A stretch of DNA of 64,000 nucleotides from Pelagomonas calceolata (lineage: Eukaryota). The position numbers and the translations under genes are program-made. The notes below the pieces were generated by a model, which made no database searches, was not told the origin of the DNA, and was given only the letters and a program-made list of their open reading frames with translations. Below, in pieces: positions 21,598 to 31,023 of the stretch (positions are counted from its first letter, which is position 1; the number at the start of each line of letters is the position of its first letter). The stretch covers positions 5,518,001 through 5,582,000 of the forward strand of contig CAKKNE010000001.1 in the NCBI GenBank assembly GCA_918797485.1, in the 5' to 3' direction.

Positions 21598-23190
21598 ATG
21601 GAGACGCCACCGGAAGCCGTCGAGATGGCCGTCGAGCCCACGGGCCCGCCGGCGCCGGCGCCCGCGCCCGAAGTCGTGAGAACGTCCTTCGTCATCCCCG
21701 ACCTCGCCGCCTTCGCGAACGGTTTGCAAGCTCTGAGTAGGCCGCAGCGCGTCAAAAGGTTATTATTTGTGGCGGACCGGTCGATTAATGTGGACCAAGC
21801 CAAGCGAGCGGCGGAGCTCGCGTTGTTCGAAGCGACCCCGGGCGGCGACGCTAGTTCTATAAGAGCGGCGGCGCAGAAGGTCCAGGATCTAGGTGGTAAT
21901 GGCGACTCTACTCAAGCGGATGCCGCCGACACGCAATCGAGAGACAAGTTGCGGAAGGCCGAGGCCGACCTTGCACGAGCTAGGACAGCAAGAGATAAAT
22001 CAGCCACGAAGACCGCCTACGCCAACGTCGCGGCGTGCCATGTCGAGCGAGGAGACCTCGCGCCGGCCGTCAAAGCATTTAGTAGAGCGAGGGACCACTG
22101 CCAGGCCGGTTCCAGTGATCAAGTGGAAGCTTGCGTCATGGTCGCCGTGACGGCGGCCGCGCATGGCGCTTGGTCGAACGTTGCGTCCTACTGCGCGAAG
22201 GCGGAGCACGCCCTAGATGCGCCCGGGGTCGCCAGAAACAACAACACGATCCATAGACGGAGATTAAAGACGTGTAAATTAGCCTCGCACTTGGACGGGA
22301 AGCGGTATGCAGAGGCGGCGCGCGAGGCCGTCGCCGTGGCTTCGGGTTTGGTCGACGAGGACGACGAAGCCACACCGGGCTTCGACTTCGTGCCGTCGCA
22401 GGACGTCGCGGCGCAGGCGGCATTGTTAGCCGTATCTTCCTTCGACCGGTCCCAGCTCAAGAGCTTATGTGTCGATGATGCGGCGTACAAAACGACTCTG
22501 GCGCAGCGCGGCTCCGTCGCGGCCAAGGACGTCGTGGAAGTGTGTTATGCTGGAGACTACGCGAAGGCGCTTTCATTTATTGCCGCTCTTGGTGATGAAT
22601 TAGCGCTGGATCCGGTATTAGCCCCGCACGCTTCAGCACTCAAAGAGAAGGCCGTGGATCGACTCATCGCGCAGTACTGCAAGCCCTACAAAACTGTGGA
22701 CCTAGCAAGGATGGCTTCTGCCTTCTCCTTGGAGCAAGACGCGCTCGAAGATCGGGTCGCGCGGTTAGTTGGTAGTGGACAACTCGGCGATTTGCGCGTC
22801 GATCTGGTCGACCACGCCTTGCGGTCGTCTACATCATCAAAAAGGGACGCGGCGCTGCGCGATGTACTAGAGCGGGGCAATTCGTACTTATCCGAGGTGC
22901 GCGGGTTGTTGCTGCGGACGTCGTGCGTCGAGCATGATTTGGTGGCGCGGGGCCGGGCGACGGGGCCGGCAGACCGCGGGGGCCTGCGCGGTTTAGATAG
23001 GTGGGCGGGCGGCGCGCCGCTCGCGGCGGCGTCGCGGCGCGCGCGCGGCGGCGACGCGCGGCAGCGCATGATGTTGGATGATTATGGCGAGGTCGACGCC
23101 GCGGCGACGACGCCGCGTGGTTTCAGTGATGGCATCATCGCCGCGGACGACGACGACGACGACGACGACGAGGTCCTCGACGCGCCCTAG
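21598..23190 (+). CDS. CSN1: COP9 signalosome subunit 1 (GPS1), PCI domain
   Basis: RLLFVAD, GDLAPAVKAFSRARDHC, WSNVASYCAKAE and LALDPVLAPH...LIAQYCKPYKTVDLARMASAF. Confidence 0.85.
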   Translation: METPPEAVEMAVEPTGPPAPAPAPEVVRTSFVIPDLAAFANGLQALSRPQRVKRLLFVADRSINVDQAKRAAELALFEATPGGDASSIRAAAQKVQDLGGNGDSTQADAADTQSRDKLRKAEADLARARTARDKSATKTAYANVAACHVERGDLAPAVKAFSRARDHCQAGSSDQVEACVMVAVTAAAHGAWSNVASYCAKAEHALDAPGVARNNNTIHRRRLKTCKLASHLDGKRYAEAAREAVAVASGLVDEDDEATPGFDFVPSQDVAAQAALLAVSSFDRSQLKSLCVDDAAYKTTLAQRGSVAAKDVVEVCYAGDYAKALSFIAALGDELALDPVLAPHASALKEKAVDRLIAQYCKPYKTVDLARMASAFSLEQDALEDRVARLVGSGQLGDLRVDLVDHALRSSTSSKRDAALRDVLERGNSYLSEVRGLLLRTSCVEHDLVARGRATGPADRGGLRGLDRWAGGAPLAAASRRARGGDARQRMMLDDYGEVDAAATTPRGFSDGIIAADDDDDDDDEVLDAP

Positions 23191-23295
23191 TAGCTTCCTT
23201 CCCCCTCTCTGTGTCCCGTAACGAAAGCTATCTCCTTATCGTCGTGCACAGTATTCTGCGACTGATTTTGGAGCTAGGCGCCTAAAACGCCGTTT

Positions 23296-23319
23296 GCTAG
23301 TGTCTTACAAGTCGCTAGC
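23296..23319 (+). promoter_or_regulatory. CTAG-bounded intergenic motif, copy 7
   Basis: GCTAGTGTCTTACAAGTCGCTAGC, ~230 bp upstream of MetAP2. Confidence 0.65.
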
Positions 23320-23493
23320 TAATCGCATTTTGCGGAGGTCATTGGCGAATTGATCCTACGCTGTCCACACTGCACGCCACAGCACAGCAACTCTGCAACA
23401 GCAAACGTGATACCGCTTCTAGCGACTGCAGCGAACCGAGCTTCGTTCGACTAGCAGCGACTGCAAGCCACCACTGTGCAAGCATACCAATAG

Positions 23494-25017
<1,524 letters not shown>

Positions 25018-25027
25018 AACTAATATT

Positions 25028-26584
25028 TTAACAACTGAAGGGGTCGGACGCGCAGGAGCACGCGTCCTCATGATTGGCCTCGTCGTGGCAGGGGCCCACG
25101 ACGCGCGGCGGCGTGACGGGCGACGACGGCGCGGGCGTGGCCGGAGCGTCTCCAGCGACGGCCGCGACCAGCTCGCCGCCGAAGACGCCGCCCCACGCCT
25201 TCGCCACGACGCCCGCCTCCACGGCACCGTGCAGCGCGAAGGCCGCCGTCCGCAGCAAGCAGGCCGTCGGAGGGTCGACGCGAGGCAGGGCTCGTGAGAG
25301 GGTGTACCAGTCATAATCGTCGTCTTCATCGCTCAGGTCGTAGTCCTCCTGGGGCTCGACGGGGGGCTGCAGCGCCTTCATGAACACGACGGTCGAGATA
25401 CCACCAGACGCGCGATAGAGCATCAGAGGCGGTAAGTTGGGGATAGGGGCCATCTGCTCCGCCTGATCTGCAATGTCGATGTCGAGCTGTGCCGCTATGG
25501 CGCGTCTCGCCCCCGCGACGGCGTCTTCGCCCGCGACCGCCGGGGCCGAGGGCAGCCGCATGCCCTCCCAGGCCTTAGGGGTTCGCAGCGACCGCGCTAG
25601 GATGCATCTGCCTCCTCGCACTACTAGAGCGGCAACACGCGCTTCGCCTCGATCATCCGCGTCGCAAGCGGCCGCCGGCTCGTCCGCTTCGTCGTCGCCG
25701 CGGAGGAGCTCCGCAGTTGTCACTTCGACGAAGCGTTGCTCCGGCTGTTTCGTCAGTGGCGACATATCGACGGTGATCTCGGCGCAGCGCAGGCGCCGGC
25801 CGCGCGAGTCATCGGCGCCGAACGCCGCCTCGACCGCGGCCTCTTCATCGTCATCCTCCGTTTTGGGAAGAAACGCGCGCAGGACCGCGTCGCCGCCGTC
25901 GTCCGGGGCGATGACACTGATGCCCTCGCCGCAGGCCGCGGCTATCGCGGGCCCGCGCCGCATCTGTGCGTCGGCGTCGGCGAACGCCGCGTCCACCGTG
26001 ATGCGTCGCGCCGGCGGCGTCTTGCATGCTAGCAAGCCGTTTACGGCCACGGCCGATAAGGTCGGCTCCACCAGGACGACGCGGCTCACGTTGCACGTGG
26101 CGGCGTGCGGGTCGCGCGACAACGCAAGCTTCAGCGCGACTCCGGCCAGCGCGCCTCTGGCAACCAATGTCGCCCCCGTGGTCGCGCGCATCAATAATCT
26201 CGCCAGCGCCTTGGCGATGGGCCGGCCGCAGTCCTTGCCGAGCACGTCCCTCGTTTTGCATTCGGCTTCCAGAGCCTGCTGCCAGCCGCGCTTCCCGCGG
26301 CCCCTCGTTTTCTTCGTGTCGCGCGTTTCAGCTGCAGCGTCGACGTCGCGGCGGAGCGCTGCCACGTCGAGCACGACGACCGTGGTATCCTCGTCGAAGC
26401 ACAAGGCTCGCGCGGCGGCCGCGTGGCGCACGACGCCCCCGCCCTCGTCGTCCAGCACGACAACAGCCCCGGAGAATTGATCCGGCTGCTTGTCGAGCTG
26501 GCCGTAGTGCGCGCGGACGGCGTAAAGGCGCGGGCGGCCGAACGAGGCCTTTTCTGTGGCGGAGATGTTGGCTTTGCGGGACAT
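25028..26584 (-). CDS. Hypothetical protein with a degenerate NUDIX-like C-terminal domain
   Basis: VAALVVRGGRCILARS..WEGMRLP....GEDAVAGARRAI..QLDI resembles a NUDIX fold lacking catalytic Glu residues. Cys/His-rich tail. Confidence 0.55.
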   Translation of the reverse strand: MSRKANISATEKASFGRPRLYAVRAHYGQLDKQPDQFSGAVVVLDDEGGGVVRHAAAARALCFDEDTTVVVLDVAALRRDVDAAAETRDTKKTRGRGKRGWQQALEAECKTRDVLGKDCGRPIAKALARLLMRATTGATLVARGALAGVALKLALSRDPHAATCNVSRVVLVEPTLSAVAVNGLLACKTPPARRITVDAAFADADAQMRRGPAIAAACGEGISVIAPDDGGDAVLRAFLPKTEDDDEEAAVEAAFGADDSRGRRLRCAEITVDMSPLTKQPEQRFVEVTTAELLRGDDEADEPAAACDADDRGEARVAALVVRGGRCILARSLRTPKAWEGMRLPSAPAVAGEDAVAGARRAIAAQLDIDIADQAEQMAPIPNLPPLMLYRASGGISTVVFMKALQPPVEPQEDYDLSDEDDDYDWYTLSRALPRVDPPTACLLRTAAFALHGAVEAGVVAKAWGGVFGGELVAAVAGDAPATPAPSSPVTPPRVVGPCHDEANHEDACSCASDPFSC

Positions 26585-26766
26585 TTTTGTTTTTAAGATG
26601 GTCGTGTCTCTGCTGTCGTACGCGTCGTATGCGTTGTAATTTGTGAAAACGATGAGCGCAGCCGCGGCAAATGACTATCGAGAGTGTCTTGCGTGCAGCG
26701 GTGCAGCTCTTGGACCAGCGCGACGATATCGTTGGCCGGAGCCTGGCTTGTGAGACTCAGGATGCT

Positions 26767-26790
26767 GCTAGCTTTTTGTAAGGCACTAGC
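26767..26790 (-). promoter_or_regulatory. CTAG-bounded intergenic motif, copy 8
   Basis: Reverse complement GCTAGTGCCTTACAAAAAGCTAGC, between divergent genes. Confidence 0.6.
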
Positions 26791-26982
26791 CGCGTTTGCA
26801 GTAGCTTGACAAGAATGATTTTTGATATATTACTCACTGACGCGACCTCTCACGCGAAGCGGAGCCGCTCGGAGAGGACGCGGTGGAGGGTGTCGAAATC
26901 GAGTGGGCGTTCAAAGAAGTGTCGATGTTGGGTAGTGTTCTCGAGGGCCTCATCATCATGCCACAAGCTGAAGAACAAGTGA

Positions 26983-27789
26983 ATGCGGCGGATCTCAACG
27001 CAGTCGGATCGCACAATGACCGCTGGATCGGGAGCCGGCGTCCATGCCAAGAATAGCCAGATATCGGCGGTCGAGCTCGTTTCCGTGCGCGTGTCGTACG
27101 CGGAGGGTACCGTGCTTGGGCTCAACTGGTACGACGGCGACTATAATTGTTGGGAGGGCGGCCCGTGCTACGTACACCAGGCGATTGATCTCGGGACGCT
27201 GGCCGCCGGCGAGACGAAGACCGCCTCCATGAACCTGGGGGCCACGCTGTTTGCGTACAAGGGGAACGTTTGCGTCAAGCGCGCCGTGATCGTCGAGGAG
27301 GGCCAGCACGTCCAGATAAGCGCCGCCGACGTGCGGACCTTCAGCGTCGATGAGAAGGTAACGCCTGTGTGGAAATCAAATTTCGCGGCGCTTCTCGTCT
27401 ACGGCTAGACCATGACCTCCACGCCATCGACGCGATGCCTGCTCGATGGCATGGCAATGCCGGTTCCTCGCCGCTACGGCCGCGCCATCGCCGAGAAATG
27501 ACTTAGTGAAGAATTATCGGGTGCACCCGACGCACTGTTGATTTCCACACAGGTCAACGCGATGTGGCAGGGCAAGAGGCAGCTCTACCCGGCGACCGTG
27601 AAGGCCTTCCACTCCTACGAAAATTCCTATGATTTGGATTACGAAGACGGGGACTCGGAAACAAGGGTGCCGGCGCGCCTCATTCGGCCGCTCGCGACGG
27701 CTGCACCGCGCGACCTGATACCGACGCCGCTGACGACGACGTCCCAGGCCCCGCCGCCCGCGGACCTAGAGACGGGCGGGGAGCTCTAG
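26983..27789 (+). CDS. Protein with a C-terminal Tudor-like domain; intron 27358-27552; start uncertain
   Basis: Splicing gives FSVDEK|VNAMWQGKRQLYPATVKAFHSYENSYDLDYEDGDSETRVP, a Tudor-like pattern. Confidence 0.6.
27365..27552 (+). mobile_element. Introner-like element forming intron 27358-27552
   Basis: Perfect 15-bp inverted ends CTGTGTGGAAATCAA / TTGATTTCCACACAG, flanks GTAACGC / GTCAACGC, internal CCTCCACGCCATCGACGCG core. Confidence 0.88.
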
Positions 27790-27890
27790 CGGCTGCGCGA
27801 TCGCCACATCCACCCACACGCCGCGGCCATAGGCTCTCGGCGTAAGGTTATCTGGTCATAGATCGCGAGCAGCAAGAAGTGCAAACATCA

Positions 27891-30539
27891 TTACAAGTTA
27901 ATCTCGATCGCCGCGGGGAACGCGGACGAGTCATTGGATGACAGCACCTCCCCGACGACCGCCGCGGAGGCGTCGCCGCCCGCGCGTAGAGCCGCGACGC
28001 AGGCCGCGGCCCGATCGACGGGCACCGCCGCGAGGAGCCCGCCGGCGGTCTGCGGGTCGTAGAGCAGCTCGTACGCCGCACCTGCTTCGATGCCTTCAGA
28101 GTGGTTCGCCACGGCGCGCCGCGCTCTTAAATTTTCCGGGTGTAAAGAGGACACAACACCCATCGAGGCCAGCCGCCGCGCACCTTGTAGCATGGGCACG
28201 TCATTCAAATCGATACGCACGCGCGCCCCATTTGACCCGCGGCACAACTCAGCTAAATGTCCAATCAATCCAAAACCTGTCACATCGGTACACGCGAGGC
28301 ACCCGAACCGCCGTAAGGTAGCCGCGGCATGAGCGTTCGACCGGCACATCCCCTGCAAAGCTTCGGCGACGTCAGACGCGTCAGCTAAGGCGCGCATGTC
28401 GCCGGCGAAGACGACGCCCGTGCCTAAGGGTTTCGTGAGTATCAGAGCGTCTCCCTGTTGGAGATTGCCCTTGGCCAGGACCTCATCTATGGAACCGTTT
28501 ATGGCAAATCCAAGAGCGAGTTCACTCCCTTCGCACGTGTGGCCTCCCACTAGCGAACAACCAGCTTCATCTAGAGCTTTTCGTGCCCCAGCCATCATCT
28601 GCCTCAATGAATCTTCGGTCTGTCGTTCCCCCCCATACGGCACGACGCATAGCGCGAGGGCGGAAGCGGGCTTCGCACCCATGGCGTCGCAATCCGACAA
28701 AGCATGGTTCGCCGCGACCTGGCCGAAGACGTAGGCGTCTCCTATGAATGATCTAAAAAAGTCGACGGTGTGCACGAGTCGCGTGTCGTCGTAGGCGACG
28801 ACGGCGCCGTCGTCGGGGGCATCGAGTCCGACCTCCACCACACATCTATCCGACGAGGGCACGTCCGGCAAGGACGACAAGGCCCTGGTCAACGTGTTCG
28901 AACCAACCTTGGCGCCGCAGCCGCCGCAGCGCATCGGCGTCTTGCGGAGGACGTCGAGGGCGTTCGCGCGAGAAGCAATTGCATCCTCGACATCCTCCTC
29001 CTCATCTAGTGAAGGCAAGCCACCGGTGTACTGCCACATCCACTTGCGGTCGATCCAGTCCTTCAATCGATACAACCATTCACCCTCCAAAGCTAAATCT
29101 CCTCGAGAAGCCACACAAGTCCCATCACCAAGACCGACTAAAGCCAACAGTCGCGTCTGCGGAACATGCTCCACGAACTCCTCTCCCCTAAGGTCGGCCA
29201 CGAGGTTCTGGTACAAAGCCATCCCCGCCATCACCGCGAAGACGCCCGCCTTTGGTCTCGGATGCCCGTCAACTGTACTACAGTCGCCGGCCGCGTAGAC
29301 TCTCTGTGGAATGTCGTTCTGCAGACACTGGAGTTTGAGGTTCGTCCTGAGGAAGCCTCTCTCATCACAATCCAAGCCGCTCCTTGATAGGAATTCAGGC
29401 GCGGCCGCCTGCGTGCACCACGCGCACTCGTCAAAAGGTATCGACACAGTGCGGCCTTCATGGCGACACGTGAGGACCTTCTCGCCATTATCTGTCGACG
29501 TCTCGAGGGCCTCATGCGACAGTAAGACGCGGATGCCCTTTCGCCGCACGGCTTCGGTCAATAAACGCCTCACTCCGACAGCGTGGCCCTGGAGCAGTTC
29601 CGACGACCTTGCGACCAAAGTAGCGGACAGGCACGTTAATGACCGTCCTCGTCGTCGCAACTCCGCAGAGACTCGCGCGACCATGGCTAATATAAGTTCG
29701 ACACCCCCCGCACCGCCGCCCACGACGACCAACCGGAAGCTCGCATCGTCGTCGAGCCTCGATAACAGCGCGTCCCACTTTTGAGCGAAGGTCGCGATCG
29801 GCTTGACTGGAGTTACATACGCAGCCGGCTTCGACGGCGCGATGCCGACGTTTATTGAGCATACATCGTACGGTAGAGGTGGGCGACCGTCCTTGAGGTG
29901 GAGCAATTGTGCATCACTGTCAATATGCGTCACCTCGCCGGCTATGAGTCGAGCCCGTGCCACTCGAGCGAGCTTGTTCAGGTCGATGTGGGCCTCTCGT
30001 CGCGAGTAGACGCCGGCGACGTGGCCCGGGAGCATGCCCGAGTATGGGGTTTCCACGTCCCTCGTGATTAATGTGAGACGAACTCCTGGCATCGGGCACA
30101 TGCCGAGCATCCTTAAGACATGGACGTGCGCGTGGCCGCCGCCCACGAGCACCAGATCCGTGACGACCGGTTTTGCATCAGCCTCCATCCGCAAGGCCAT
30201 CATGTCCTTTGTCCCTGTGGATGAGAGTTGGCGCTGCGTCCTCACGTGCGTTAAAGGGTGCAACCGGTACACCGCATCTTTATCGTTTGGCGCTTTCGCG
30301 TCGGCCTCCGCTACTTCCAGTCTTCTTGCTCTTTCTAGAGACGCCAGGAAGAGCAGTTCTCTTAAGCGAGACCACCGCCAGTTTCCGTCCTTGGTTGCGT
30401 TTTGTGCGATAATCTGTGCGATTTCGGCCTGCACGCGCAGCCATTTCTGGAGGCTGATGCCGCGGCGCTTGGCTGCGAGTAATGCGAGGGCGCCGGCGGT
30501 TGCGGCGATCGCTGCGGCCTGTTGTTGGCTGCGTTTCAT
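27891..30539 (-). CDS. selD: Selenide, water dikinase fused to an N-terminal FAD-dependent pyridine nucleotide-disulfide oxidoreductase domain
   Basis: LVLVGGGHAH, YSGMLPG and GGGAGGVE (oxidoreductase). MRCGGCGAKVG, DDGAV, TVDFF, LVGGHT, LILTKPLGTG, TDVTGFGLIGH and DPQTAGGLL (SelD). Confidence 0.95.
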   Translation of the reverse strand: MKRSQQQAAAIAATAGALALLAAKRRGISLQKWLRVQAEIAQIIAQNATKDGNWRWSRLRELLFLASLERARRLEVAEADAKAPNDKDAVYRLHPLTHVRTQRQLSSTGTKDMMALRMEADAKPVVTDLVLVGGGHAHVHVLRMLGMCPMPGVRLTLITRDVETPYSGMLPGHVAGVYSRREAHIDLNKLARVARARLIAGEVTHIDSDAQLLHLKDGRPPLPYDVCSINVGIAPSKPAAYVTPVKPIATFAQKWDALLSRLDDDASFRLVVVGGGAGGVELILAMVARVSAELRRRGRSLTCLSATLVARSSELLQGHAVGVRRLLTEAVRRKGIRVLLSHEALETSTDNGEKVLTCRHEGRTVSIPFDECAWCTQAAAPEFLSRSGLDCDERGFLRTNLKLQCLQNDIPQRVYAAGDCSTVDGHPRPKAGVFAVMAGMALYQNLVADLRGEEFVEHVPQTRLLALVGLGDGTCVASRGDLALEGEWLYRLKDWIDRKWMWQYTGGLPSLDEEEDVEDAIASRANALDVLRKTPMRCGGCGAKVGSNTLTRALSSLPDVPSSDRCVVEVGLDAPDDGAVVAYDDTRLVHTVDFFRSFIGDAYVFGQVAANHALSDCDAMGAKPASALALCVVPYGGERQTEDSLRQMMAGARKALDEAGCSLVGGHTCEGSELALGFAINGSIDEVLAKGNLQQGDALILTKPLGTGVVFAGDMRALADASDVAEALQGMCRSNAHAAATLRRFGCLACTDVTGFGLIGHLAELCRGSNGARVRIDLNDVPMLQGARRLASMGVVSSLHPENLRARRAVANHSEGIEAGAAYELLYDPQTAGGLLAAVPVDRAAACVAALRAGGDASAAVVGEVLSSNDSSAFPAAIEINL

Positions 30540-30697
30540 TTTGCTTCAGAGAGCACTCCTTTGTGCTTGCTCGGTACGGCCTCAGGTCTTGCGCAACTTT
30601 GCGTACGGCGAGTCAGGTCGACCGGTAGGTTGTACGAGCCGCTCAACGCAGCGATAGGGCCGCGCTTCGGCCGCCGTGCCGTCTGAGTCCATGGGTT

Positions 30698-30720
30698 GCT
30701 AGTGTCTTACTAGCGCTAGC
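30698..30720 (+). promoter_or_regulatory. CTAG-bounded intergenic motif, copy 9
   Basis: GCTAGTGTCTTACTAGCGCTAGC, between divergent selD and BASS2. Confidence 0.65.
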
Positions 30721-31023
30721 TGCAGTGCGGACGTTTCTCCCGCGCACGCGTCGCGGTGTTCGACCTTGACGCTTCCAGGCGCCCGGAGGGAGGAATAGTC
30801 CAGCTCGCCGTGGAATGACACTAGGGAGGTGTGGCCGGCGAGGGCAGCTTTGCACAGCAGTTTGGGCGCGTCGAGCGACGTCGCCAGGCTTCAAGCTGTG
30901 CCCAGTAGCTGTGAAAAGTCCTCGACTACGTCTGCTGCAAGCGGCGTGCACGGCGAGCGACTTTAAGGCGAGTTGCATTTAAAGCACATTGCTTGCGGCG
31001 AGTGCATTCAAAGCGAGGGCAGG

